IMG/VR virus record: IMGVR_UViG_3300044726_000045
Location: 1 to 61,883 of that record
Reading direction: 5' to 3' (one strand)
Origin: a virus
Lineage: Duplodnaviria; Caudoviricetes
Length of the DNA stretch: 61,883 nucleotides
Both the position numbers and the translations under genes were made by a program. Of this stretch, positions 46,788 through 55,815 are shown one piece after another (the first letter of the stretch is position 1; each line of letters opens with the position of its first letter). Under the pieces are notes generated by a model, which worked only from the letters and a program-made list of their open reading frames with translations, had not been told where the DNA came from and ran no database searches.

Positions 46788-46893
46788 CCAGCCAACCCTG
46801 AGACCGGCTCAGCCGCCTTGCAGGCTGGGACAGCCTGACCATTTACCACCACCGCCTGATGCACCCACGAAGCATTGCCGCGCCTTGAGACGT

Positions 46894-47091
46894 TCATCGT
46901 GACACCACCTGTTCAGGAACTCGCACGTAGAAGGGACGACCACGCTGGATCATCTCCGCGCCTGCAATCTTCGCCGCCGCCCGAAGAGCCTGAGTTTTGT
47001 TGGTGTATTGGGTCGGCCACGAGCCGTCCTTGCTGGTCACCAAGTCGCCGCTCCGAAGTCGATATGTGTTGTTCACTGCTGTGTCCTCCAT
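46894..47091 (-). CDS. Hypothetical protein
   Basis: Directly downstream of promoter 47101..47129 (TTGACA-17-GACAAT). Confidence 0.6.
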   Translation of the reverse strand: MEDTAVNNTYRLRSGDLVTSKDGSWPTQYTNKTQALRAAAKIAGAEMIQRGRPFYVRVPEQVVSR

Positions 47092-47147
47092 GACCAGACC
47101 ATTGTCTCACACCAACCGGCGTTTGTCAAATCCCTGCAATCAAGTGC

Positions 47148-47178
47148 AGGACGGATGGCCCGTAGGCCACCCGCCCCT
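47148..47178 (-). terminator. Stem-loop with cUACGg tetraloop after 47189..47578
   Basis: GGGGCGGGTGGCC-TACG-GGCCATCCGTCC; no U-tract. Confidence 0.55.
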
Positions 47179-47188
47179 GTGAGACGAC

Positions 47189-47578
47189 TTACTTCTTGCC
47201 CTTGGTCTTACCCTTCATGAACCCCGGCACCTTCCCAGCGGCCTTGTCAGCCGCCGCACGGGCCTTCCCTGCCCTGACCCGAGACTGGGTCGAGAGCGCG
47301 TCTCGCTGACTGGCAATGACCGCCGACACCTTGACCGGCAGATGCACCCGTGTCAGCCCCTCGGGGCCTGTGATGGTGATGAACACCATGTCCCCGGCCT
47401 CGGGCACTCGAAACGTCTGCACGATGTATTGACGGACCCCGCCAACGCCCATGACGTTCGCGGCTGTGACCGTGCTCTCCCGCGTGTGCGGGAAGCCTTG
47501 GGCCTGCCCGTATGCCCGATCAAACGCATCCGGCTGGCCCTGCTGAAAGTGGTTACCGCTGTTGTCGCTCTGGTTCAT
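47189..47578 (-). CDS. Hypothetical protein with basic C-terminus
   Basis: 129 aa, GGAGGAG RBS. Confidence 0.75.
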   Translation of the reverse strand: MNQSDNSGNHFQQGQPDAFDRAYGQAQGFPHTRESTVTAANVMGVGGVRQYIVQTFRVPEAGDMVFITITGPEGLTRVHLPVKVSAVIASQRDALSTQSRVRAGKARAAADKAAGKVPGFMKGKTKGKK

Positions 47579-47594
47579 ACTCCTCCATGAGTGA

Positions 47595-47750
47595 AAAGTG
47601 AGCCGGGTTTTATCCGGGGTGGCCCTTCCCGGCGTAAGGATTCTGCCACCCGTCGAGTCCGCGCTAGTTACGCCGCTTCAGGGTGGCCACGGTACTGGTC
47701 GCCTTGCCCCTACTCACCGGCCCTTCCGCTATCGCATGCTCACCTCCAAC
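47595..47750 (-). ncRNA. Candidate structured leader/ncRNA with a Met-Arg-stop minigene
   Basis: Promoter 47757..47785; GGAGGTG then ATG CGA TAG; nested GC stems; no sizeable ORF on this strand after the promoter. Confidence 0.45.
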
Positions 47751-47795
47751 GAAACCATTGTCTCACACCAACGGGCGTTTGTCAAATCGCCCCTT

Positions 47796-48134
47796 TCAGC
47801 GAATGTAGTTCGCGCCGTAGATGGACACCGCCTCTTGACCACGGTTGACGTAGATGGAACCTCGGGAGTGCTTGGCCGGGGCCTTCCAGCTTGCCGCCTT
47901 GAGAATGGCTCCGTCCGCAATCCGCACGAAGCAGAACACCGACCGGGAGTTAGACTCGGCACTCACGATCTTGACGTTCTTGACGCCACGCTCTGCCACC
48001 AGCTTGGGTGGCTGCACGTGCTGGTAGATACGGGCATACTCCGCGTTGATCTTCTCCTGCGTAGCGGCCACGAACTCGCCCAGCGCAGCGTTGAAATCGG
48101 GAATCGCAGTGACGGCTGTGTTTTCGATGTTCAT
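47796..48134 (-). CDS. Phage hypothetical protein
   Basis: SVFCFV...DG.ILKAASWKAPAK..RGSI; promoter 48163..48191. Confidence 0.8.
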   Translation of the reverse strand: MNIENTAVTAIPDFNAALGEFVAATQEKINAEYARIYQHVQPPKLVAERGVKNVKIVSAESNSRSVFCFVRIADGAILKAASWKAPAKHSRGSIYVNRGQEAVSIYGANYIR

Positions 48135-48240
48135 AATGTTCGCTCCTCCATGAGCTACACACAGTGTCTCACACCCCGGCGAGTTTGTCAACTGCTGTTC
48201 ACAAACTGAACGATCTCAACCCTTCAGTTTATCACAATTT

Positions 48241-48468
48241 TCAAGATTTGTCAAGTAGCGGGTCTACGTCCTTCGCCTTCCAGATATCACCGTCTGGGAA
48301 CGTGAACGCATGATCCTCCAATAGCCCCTTCTCGTCGGCCCACGCCACCAAGAAGTGAATCTTGTGGGTCAACTCCTGCACGACGTGCTTCAGGGCCTCC
48401 ACGGTCATCTGTGGGTCTTCAGGTGGCAACTCTGGGGGTAGCTGATACTTCCTGTTGGGGTCAGTCAT
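48241..48468 (-). CDS. Hypothetical protein
   Basis: 75 aa, coupled. Confidence 0.6.
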   Translation of the reverse strand: MTDPNRKYQLPPELPPEDPQMTVEALKHVVQELTHKIHFLVAWADEKGLLEDHAFTFPDGDIWKAKDVDPLLDKS

Positions 48469-48695
48469 TCCTTGTCCCTTTCGAATTGTGCGGCCACTTC
48501 ACCACACTTCCGGCACGTGGCTAACTTTCTCTCGGGCAACGCCACCCACACATGGCCATCAGGCCAATGGTTCGGCGTCCCGTAGTGCTCACTGATATCA
48601 CACAGAGACACCCCACGGGACAGGATATGCACCACCTGAGTTTTAGTCATACGCGACTTCAGCGGCTTTGGCACGCAGGGCTTCCCACTGGGCAT
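48465..48695 (-). CDS. Hypothetical Zn-binding protein
   Basis: H......LC.....WP.GH.W......TC..C; start probably MTKTQ. Confidence 0.55.
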   Translation of the reverse strand: MPSGKPCVPKPLKSRMTKTQVVHILSRGVSLCDISEHYGTPNHWPDGHVWVALPERKLATCRKCGEVAAQFERDKE

Positions 48696-48888
48696 CCGTC
48701 ACGCCGACCTTCCGCGCTTCATCCAGCAACGCATCAGACGCCCGACGACCGGCCCACCATGCGGCCCAATACTGCGCCGTCTCCTGAAACTTCGGCCCAC
48801 CGGGTGAAAAATGCGTCCCAGCCAATTCCTCTTTGGCCTTCTCCAAACCCCACGCCACCGCTTCCTTGTACAAATCAGCCACACTCAC
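48643..48888 (-). CDS. Hypothetical helical protein
   Basis: 81 aa; paralogous segment at 44366..44494. Confidence 0.7.
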   Translation of the reverse strand: MSVADLYKEAVAWGLEKAKEELAGTHFSPGGPKFQETAQYWAAWWAGRRASDALLDEARKVGVTDAQWEALRAKAAEVAYD

Positions 48889-49097
48889 CTCAACTCTTCA
48901 AGCAGCCCCTGTAGGGCATCAATGTCGTCCGTCCGCACCGTGAACGACCACCCATGACGCGGCACCCGAGTCACTTCCTTGTCCACCGACGTGGCACCCG
49001 CGTTGTGATCTTCCACCTGACGACGCGCACGTTCGGCGTCATCATGCGTCCCGAAATTGACCGTCATCGTGATGTTCATGCACTTAGGATAACACAA
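48885..49097 (-). CDS. Hypothetical protein
   Basis: Downstream of a TTGACA at 49108..49113. Confidence 0.55.
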   Translation of the reverse strand: MCYPKCMNITMTVNFGTHDDAERARRQVEDHNAGATSVDKEVTRVPRHGWSFTVRTDDIDALQGLLEELR

Positions 49098-49584
49098 TGG
49101 CTGTGTTTGTCAACGACACCCGATATTCCTCCAGCGTCCTGACGTTCGCCACGTGCTCCACCCGTCCTGAACCATCCGGCCACACAATCACCAGCGGCTT
49201 CTTGGCTCTTCGGGCATACCTGATGGTCGCCCACGTCCCTGAACCACGGAACTGCTCTATCGTTTCCCTCGGGCACGCGATGACCACATCCGACTCCGAC
49301 ACAAGGTCACGATTTCGAATCAGGAAGGGCCTCGGCGGCATCACCAGATCACACACGCACGTGGCACGCTTGTAGACGTCGCCATAAGCATTCACACCGG
49401 GCACACCGATGATGAAGTAGCCGAAGCCTCTCGCCTGCTCGTGGAACTGGTCATCGGCCCCGATGCACATCCCATGGGTGGCCTGTGTCGCTCCAGACGT
49501 CTTCAGATCGCCCAACAGCATGTGGACCTGAATCAACTGGTCGTTCGTCAGTCCTGCTGACGTGCCCGTGAATCCCACTCTCAT
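49084..49584 (-). CDS. SLOG/DprA-like nucleotide-binding protein
   Basis: VGFTGT, HG.CIGAD, RNRDLV..SD, GSGTWATIRYA. Confidence 0.8.
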   Translation of the reverse strand: MRVGFTGTSAGLTNDQLIQVHMLLGDLKTSGATQATHGMCIGADDQFHEQARGFGYFIIGVPGVNAYGDVYKRATCVCDLVMPPRPFLIRNRDLVSESDVVIACPRETIEQFRGSGTWATIRYARRAKKPLVIVWPDGSGRVEHVANVRTLEEYRVSLTNTAIVLS

Positions 49585-49669
49585 CGCTTCACCTTCTTCA
49601 TTCCTAACAGCGCCGACACGAACGCGCCAATCGTTCTGGGAAACATCCCCACAACCAACAACAACCACG

Positions 49670-50369
49670 TCACCGCTTCACCTTTTTCTTCGGCTGAATA
49701 CGCAGACCTTTCACCGTGCAATACTGGTGCTCGTAAGGCTTATCTGCCTTCAACTGACCGAGTTTCCAGTCAGCATCCAGCTTGCTGGCGTAGGCCACGT
49801 CACCGACGATGCCTTCCGGCCCGAACTCCTCCGGGGCGTCATCGAAGATCACCCACACGCGATTCTGCACCAGCGTAATCATAGCCCTGTGACTCCTCGC
49901 TTCGCCTGAGTCGCTTCTTGCACGGCTCGTTCCAACGAACCATACACCGCGAACATCATGTTCACGAGCACCCGGCACCCGTCACACACCAGATGGCGGG
50001 ACTTGCCGTCCGTCATCTCCGAGACATGGTTATCCGTGCCCTGACACACGAAACACTGCTTCACCACCAACGTCGTCATCTGACTTCCTTCTCCCTCACC
50101 CAATCGGTCTTTCCTTCGCTCTCGATGGCGTTGTCCAGCGCATCATCAGCCGTCTTCAACTGCGCCTGCACTGCACCCACCCGCTGGGTCAGCAACTGCT
50201 TGTTCAATTCCGCAGCCTTCTCCACTTCGTCCGGTCGCACCGACAGGTTTTTCACCCCGGCCAACGTTGCCAAGCCTTTCATGATCAACCGCCACTCAGC
50301 GTCTGTTACCTTCAGCACCACGTTCTGCGTTACAACTACCTCGGCCATGTCACACTCCTTGTGCTGCAA
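49670..50369 (-). CDS. Three small hypothetical ORFs (49670..49978, 49879..50103, 50076..50369; true starts internal)
   Basis: Coupled ORFs with RBSs. Confidence 0.55.
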
Positions 50370-50430
50370 CCAATTGCAATTTATAATTCAACGGCACGGA
50401 ACTTGAATTACCTTCGACTGGGAGTACCCC

Positions 50431-50712
50431 ATGACTGAAACCAAGACGACCGACACCGACACGAAATCACCGGCATCCGAGAAGCCAGCTTCCCCGTTCA
50501 AGCCGACGCCGCACCCTGCGGCACAGGCTGGCGGCATCAGTGGCGTGCCCACCGACTGGACACCCGATGTTCGACCGTCTGACGGTTCACCCGTCAAGAC
50601 CGTGCTTTCGCCGCCTCCGGGGCACAGGCCCTATGCGTGGAAGCCCAAGACGGTGGCAGAGCACAACGCTTACGTGGACGAGATGTCCCGCAGGCGATTC
50701 CCCGTCCGGTAA
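50431..50712 (+). CDS. Plus-strand Pro/Thr-rich hypothetical protein
   Basis: GGAG RBS, TATAAT at 50382, downstream hairpin; fills a gap with no good minus-strand ORF. Confidence 0.65.
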   Translation: MTETKTTDTDTKSPASEKPASPFKPTPHPAAQAGGISGVPTDWTPDVRPSDGSPVKTVLSPPPGHRPYAWKPKTVAEHNAYVDEMSRRRFPVR

Positions 50713-50717
50713 ACTTG

Positions 50718-50753
50718 GGGGACTATTTGGTACCTCTCTACCGAATAGTCCCC
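50718..50753. terminator. Hairpin between convergent genes
   Basis: GGGGACTATTTGGTA / TACCGAATAGTCCCC. Confidence 0.6.
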
Positions 50754-50769
50754 TATTACTGGTTATTTG

Positions 50770-51066
50770 TCAAGTCGCTTCACTCTCAAGGTCGGCTTCC
50801 AGATACATAACGCTCTGTTCCAGTTCCTGAATCCGCGCCTTGTCCTGCTCACGCTCGGCCACAATCTGCGGCCACGCATTCACCAGTGCGGCCACGAAAT
50901 CGGCATCCTCGGCAGGCACAATCTGCAAGTGCGACTGCGGGTGACGTTCCTTCACCGGCTCTTCCTTGCCACGCTTCAGAATGCGCCCACCGCTCGACGT
51001 CTCACTGGTCGTCCACGGGCCTTGAGTCGCCTTCTCTCCCAGCGCCTTCAACAGTTCCCAGTTCAT
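50770..51066 (-). CDS. Ead/Ea22-like hypothetical protein
   Basis: LKAL.EKATQGPW...DADFVAALVNA.P.I. Confidence 0.7.
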   Translation of the reverse strand: MNWELLKALGEKATQGPWTTSETSSGGRILKRGKEEPVKERHPQSHLQIVPAEDADFVAALVNAWPQIVAEREQDKARIQELEQSVMYLEADLESEAT

Positions 51067-51302
51067 TGGATCACCTGCCCGTAATAGGTCGCCATGGCGT
51101 CCATGTCGGCCTCGGTCATTGCCTCACGAGTATCCGGCCACTCCACGCGCACCGGATGACGCTGGAAATTCTTTACCGTCACGCCGTTCGGATAGTACTG
51201 CGTCACCGTGTGCGTCATAGTGAACAGGTCCACCCCGGCCTCTTGAATCTGGCACCGGCAGAACAGGCACAGGAAACGGACGGCAGTTTGCCCTTCCATC
51301 AC
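51063..51302 (-). CDS. Hypothetical protein
   Basis: Coupled; CLFC. Confidence 0.55.
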   Translation of the reverse strand: MMEGQTAVRFLCLFCRCQIQEAGVDLFTMTHTVTQYYPNGVTVKNFQRHPVRVEWPDTREAMTEADMDAMATYYGQVIQ

Positions 51303-51511
51303 TGCACCTCTTCTTCGGGTTCGGGATTGGGGTCCAGATGGTTCATCGCGCTATACACCATACGGCAGACTTCCGTCTCCGGGTTGCCGTGATACACCGC
51401 GCAATAGATCACGCCCATCACCGCCAATGCCGCACCCTCATCGGTCACCACCGGGTTCACGAGCATCGCTTCGACTGTTTCCTTGAGCAAGTTACGCATC
51501 GGCTCCTCCAT
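51299..51511 (-). CDS. Hypothetical protein
   Basis: Downstream of promoter 51532..51561. Confidence 0.6.
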   Translation of the reverse strand: MEEPMRNLLKETVEAMLVNPVVTDEGAALAVMGVIYCAVYHGNPETEVCRMVYSAMNHLDPNPEPEEEVQ

Positions 51512-51584
51512 GAGCTAAATTCACTGCCACTACTCTACCAAACCATGGAGTGATTTGTCAAGTAGTGGCAGTTGATTGCAATTT

Positions 51585-51893
51585 CTACGTCTTCGGCTGG
51601 GTCGTCACCATCGCCAAGATCGCATCGAGTGCTACCACGAACTCGGGCTTCACCACCAGACCGATGGTCAGTTCCCGCAGGAACGGAGACGACGCTGACC
51701 TCAATGTCAGCACGTGCGTCACATCGTCTGGCGTGGGTTGGCCCACCGGAATGAACCAGACCTTCGATACGTACTTCTGGGCCTCCGCGTTCGCGGCTAA
51801 CTTATCGTCTAACCACTTCTGGACATCCATGTCATCTCCTTCACACTGTGGCCTTCGACCTCCGCATCTTCTTGATACCTCGGGCTGGGCCAA
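51585..51893 (-). CDS. Hypothetical protein (start probably MDVQKW)
   Basis: AAGGAG before the internal Met. Confidence 0.55.
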   Translation of the reverse strand: MAQPEVSRRCGGRRPQCEGDDMDVQKWLDDKLAANAEAQKYVSKVWFIPVGQPTPDDVTHVLTLRSASSPFLRELTIGLVVKPEFVVALDAILAMVTTQPKT

Positions 51894-52824
51894 TCATCAT
51901 CGGGGCAATATCATGACAGGCATCGCAGATATCCTTCAGGAACGTATCACAGTGGTACTGGCTCCGATACGCCACCGCCAAGTTCAGTTCCGGAATGCCG
52001 ATCACCGCGCCCACCGTGCTACCGGGGTCACCGCCGTCTCGCGCCATGAAGCAATCTGGGACACCCCACAGGTCAAGCTCCCATGCCACGCCACCACGGC
52101 TCAGGTGCGTCTGGAAGCCCTCCACGGGGTTAGGGACTCCATCACCCAGCGGACCACCCGCGATGCTCCTACGAACGAACTCCGGGTCAACCAGACCCGC
52201 TCCATGCAGGAGCCACATCCATGCCCACCGACAGGCGTCTATCGGGGTGGCATCGAACCGTGGTGTACCGTCACCGCTGTTCATAACCGACCACACACCG
52301 GGCATGTGCGGGGCCAGTTCCTGATTGAAGTAATCGTGCATCGTGCGGTGAGTCAGCCTCACGAACAGACCATTGTGTGCCGACGACGTGGGCACCCAGT
52401 CCTTGCTGTAGCCCCAGCCCTCACCGGGACGGGTGTACGAGCACGGGTGGTGCAGGTATGTACCATGTTTGTAACCCGCCACATCGACGCCTAACTCGGT
52501 AAGTGGCCTGTCCAGCATCGGCAGACCACCCTGAATGTGCCCATGGGTCAACGCATGCCCGATCACCGTATCGGACACGACCGACCGGCAACACGATGCC
52601 CACCCACGCTTCTTCGTGGCATCTCGATACGTCTTGACCAAGTATCCGTTTCTGACGATGGCGGCATCTCCGATGTATGCCGCCTTGATGTTGTTCAACA
52701 TGGCCGACGACATACCTTGGTCTTCCGGTGAAGACGTGGGCCACTCTCCCGGCATCATCGGTGGCGGCAGAGGCTGAACTGCCGTCACCATGAACCGGGG
52801 AATCCTCGGGAACCACGCCCTCAT
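51841..52824 (-). CDS. Beta-lactamase/serine hydrolase-fold protein with atypical SxxK motif
   Basis: IVRNGYLV, ASCCRSV (SxxR), PGEGWGYS, TPIDACRW..WL..G, IPELNLAVA. Confidence 0.7.
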   Translation of the reverse strand: MRAWFPRIPRFMVTAVQPLPPPMMPGEWPTSSPEDQGMSSAMLNNIKAAYIGDAAIVRNGYLVKTYRDATKKRGWASCCRSVVSDTVIGHALTHGHIQGGLPMLDRPLTELGVDVAGYKHGTYLHHPCSYTRPGEGWGYSKDWVPTSSAHNGLFVRLTHRTMHDYFNQELAPHMPGVWSVMNSGDGTPRFDATPIDACRWAWMWLLHGAGLVDPEFVRRSIAGGPLGDGVPNPVEGFQTHLSRGGVAWELDLWGVPDCFMARDGGDPGSTVGAVIGIPELNLAVAYRSQYHCDTFLKDICDACHDIAPMMIGPARGIKKMRRSKATV

Positions 52825-54116
52825 CGAATCACGCGGAGCGCCGTACCGCTCATGTGGAATATCTGCTCCACGTTCTGCAACACGCCGTCGTTCCACAGTT
52901 CCTGCAAGTCGATGGCGTCCTTGCGACGAAGCTGCAATTCGCCACCGGGCATCTCCGTCAACTGATACTGATCACCGTTGACGAACTGCACGTCGATGCG
53001 CTGCCCCTGTCCCTCTTCCTGTTCGCCGGGACGCATCCTGAGTTGCAGCGACGTGGACTCATCCACGCCGTCATCCTGTGGTCCTTCTGGACGCAAATCA
53101 GGGTCCACTTCATCGTTCGAAATGGGCGACCCGATGATCACGGTGCCCTCACCGGTATGCTCATCGAACGCACCGGGACGGATAGTTCCCCAGATCGGAC
53201 GATGCCCCTTGCCGTCCAGATCAGGATTCCAGTTCACTTGCTTCTGGACTCCACGAATTTGCAGTTCAGTCTCACTCATAAATCGCCTCATTTTCGGAAA
53301 CAGTGACCGTGTTCCAGTCGGTGGCTCAACAGGTGGTTCAATCGGTGGTTCGATGGGTGGTTCGATGGGTGGTTTCGGTGGCTTCACCACGGGTGGCGCA
53401 ATGACCAGCACCGGCCATCCATCATGCGATGAGATGAATGATTCCTTGTCACCCACCCACGCCACGAGCAATGACCCGTCCTGCTGTTGTTTCACGCAGG
53501 GAAAGATGGGGGGTGGCGTCTTGGTCGTCACGAGTCTCCACACACCGCTCGGATCTCTGGTGATGTGCTGATCTCCGTAGGCTCCGGTCATCTGTCCATA
53601 CAGCCACTCACCGGCCTGCGTCCACAGCGGCAATCGATACTGCGTGCGATTGATTTCCACGATGAGAGGCTTGCCCCTGTTTTGCCACACCGGCATCCAT
53701 CCACCGTGACCATCAGCCTTGAAGTCACTGATGCCTTCGATGTTCGTGGTGCCCGTGGCGAACGGACCCGCCGCTTGCCCAGTCCTGATCATCCAGAAGG
53801 ACGCCCGTCCACTCGCCTGATCCAGATCGCCGCGCTTACCGCTCATGTAATACGTGCCATCAGGAGCAAACCGACCGGGCCACCATGAACGCCAGTTAAT
53901 ACCCGTGGGGCGGAACGGCTGTTCACCTGACCGCATGAACCACGTCCCGAACTCAGGCGTCCCGATATCCTCAGCAGACGCGAATGCCACCAACGGCCCG
54001 TGCATGTCCGGTGTATACGGAGTAGGCGGAACATCGTACGGGACACCACCAAATGTCACACGATGACCATTGGCCACGAACCTACCACCTGTGTTGTTAC
54101 ACGCTCTATGATTCAT
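52821..54116 (-). CDS. Hypothetical protein with PPIE repeats
   Basis: 431 aa; beta-rich N-terminus, PPIEPPIEPPIEPP linker. Confidence 0.75.
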   Translation of the reverse strand: MNHRACNNTGGRFVANGHRVTFGGVPYDVPPTPYTPDMHGPLVAFASAEDIGTPEFGTWFMRSGEQPFRPTGINWRSWWPGRFAPDGTYYMSGKRGDLDQASGRASFWMIRTGQAAGPFATGTTNIEGISDFKADGHGGWMPVWQNRGKPLIVEINRTQYRLPLWTQAGEWLYGQMTGAYGDQHITRDPSGVWRLVTTKTPPPIFPCVKQQQDGSLLVAWVGDKESFISSHDGWPVLVIAPPVVKPPKPPIEPPIEPPIEPPVEPPTGTRSLFPKMRRFMSETELQIRGVQKQVNWNPDLDGKGHRPIWGTIRPGAFDEHTGEGTVIIGSPISNDEVDPDLRPEGPQDDGVDESTSLQLRMRPGEQEEGQGQRIDVQFVNGDQYQLTEMPGGELQLRRKDAIDLQELWNDGVLQNVEQIFHMSGTALRVIR

Positions 54117-54126
54117 CAGGTCACCT

Positions 54127-55815
54127 TTACATGAACCTTTTCATCTTGGGAAACCACGGACGTGTTCCCACGGGGGGCTTCGGTGGTTCAATCGGTGGAA
54201 TGGCAGAACTGAACGGCGGGAACCACTCCCAATTTCCAGACGCTTTCTTCATGCGGTCCAGTGCCTCTTGCAGTTCTGGCCAATAGTCCACGCCATCCAC
54301 GAGTGTCGTGCCGTCACGTCGATACTTCGTGAAGCACCACATCGCTCCCACTTCGTAGTCGATGCCCAGACTCCACATCTTCGTGAGCGTGTCGAGCACT
54401 TTCTGAAGTGGCAGAGCATAGTTACCCGGTGCGCGGTACTGGCAATACATCGCCAGCGCCATGTCTCTCGGGATGTGCTTGGCCTTCATCTCCTTGAGCA
54501 CAGCCTTCACTTTGTTTACGGATTCATCCACGCTGATGGCGGCAGATGGATAGGCGAACACGAGTGCTCGGAAGCCACTCGGTACCTGCGTGACGGTCAT
54601 CCCGTACCCGTCTCGATAGGCTTCGGCTCCCACCTTGAGACTCGCGGCCAGTCGCTTGGCCTCATCCTTCGTCTCACCGCTACGAATATCCCAGAACACC
54701 GCCTCCACATTGCTGGATGGCTTCTCGCTGTAGTCGATGATGCGTGGGCCTTTCAGATCATCGAACAGCCCCACACCAATCTTCAGTGCCGTCTTTTCGA
54801 AAGCCGGGATAATGATGGGCTTCGCAGGCCACGGCTGAGCCAGCCCCGTTAGTTCTTTCTCGATGACCGACTCCGACGTAGCTCCAGCGTTCTCCGACCA
54901 TGCAATCCACATCTTGCCGGTGGCCATGTCAGTCCACCCGCATCCGTTGTAGGCTTTCTCCTCGCGCCCAAACCACCAACCCTTGGTGGGGTCTTCCAGT
55001 TTGTGAACGATGCAGTATTCGAACTTGCCAGAGGCATACACCAGATAGATTTTCTGGTCGCTCCCTCTGAAGATCGAACCGCCATAGGACGGGAAGGCTA
55101 TCGGGTATTCCTTGAAGTACTCCCCATTCCAGAACCACACATGCGATGGTTTCGCCGCCGCCCAACACACCGCCGCATTGCGATCAATCACCGACGTCGT
55201 GGTGACCAGCACCCGTTCATCACGGATGAGTGTTGTCCGGTCAGACAACTCTACGATGACGCTGCGACCTTCGTGGTAGCGGGGGCAATAGATAAGCGTG
55301 CCGTCCGCACCAACACCATGTTGACCGGCTCCCCACCACTCAATCGGACGTCCTTGAGCATCCGTAGCTCGGACATCTCCGATCATCGTGCGGTCCATGC
55401 CGTCGTAGAGCGTGCATGGGTTCATCGAATACTGGGACACCCACCGGTTATTACCCGCGAACAGCACACTGGCCCCACGACCAAACGTCTGCCCATCCGT
55501 GGTCTTCAGGTACACCGGAGCTTTCTGTTCTGGGCTGGCGAGTTCGGCTGGCTCACCCATGATCTGGGCGTATTCGAACTCACTGATCTTGTTCTCAGCC
55601 AGCATGCTACGGAGCACGATCTCCATATCACTCTGGGCCTTCACCGAGTCGTAGGCGTTCTGCTGATAGATGACGACCTTCTCGTTCAACCATGCAGGCG
55701 TGTTACAGGATGTGTCGGAAATGGATTGCCACGTGCCACCACGTGGCTTGATCTTTAGGGGTCTAAAGCCGCCAACCAACGTACCATCTGGGCCGTAGGA
55801 CATGAAACTCGACAT
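54127..55815 (-). CDS. Hypothetical multi-domain protein
   Basis: TGATG coupling to terL; beta-rich N-terminus; ends PPIEPPKPP..WFPKMKRFM. Confidence 0.8.
   Translation of the reverse strand: MSSFMSYGPDGTLVGGFRPLKIKPRGGTWQSISDTSCNTPAWLNEKVVIYQQNAYDSVKAQSDMEIVLRSMLAENKISEFEYAQIMGEPAELASPEQKAPVYLKTTDGQTFGRGASVLFAGNNRWVSQYSMNPCTLYDGMDRTMIGDVRATDAQGRPIEWWGAGQHGVGADGTLIYCPRYHEGRSVIVELSDRTTLIRDERVLVTTTSVIDRNAAVCWAAAKPSHVWFWNGEYFKEYPIAFPSYGGSIFRGSDQKIYLVYASGKFEYCIVHKLEDPTKGWWFGREEKAYNGCGWTDMATGKMWIAWSENAGATSESVIEKELTGLAQPWPAKPIIIPAFEKTALKIGVGLFDDLKGPRIIDYSEKPSSNVEAVFWDIRSGETKDEAKRLAASLKVGAEAYRDGYGMTVTQVPSGFRALVFAYPSAAISVDESVNKVKAVLKEMKAKHIPRDMALAMYCQYRAPGNYALPLQKVLDTLTKMWSLGIDYEVGAMWCFTKYRRDGTTLVDGVDYWPELQEALDRMKKASGNWEWFPPFSSAIPPIEPPKPPVGTRPWFPKMKRFM

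Noticed and set aside
51841-52824. Antibiotic-resistance beta-lactamase
   Set aside because: Fold-level similarity only; the catalytic Lys is replaced and no signal peptide is evident
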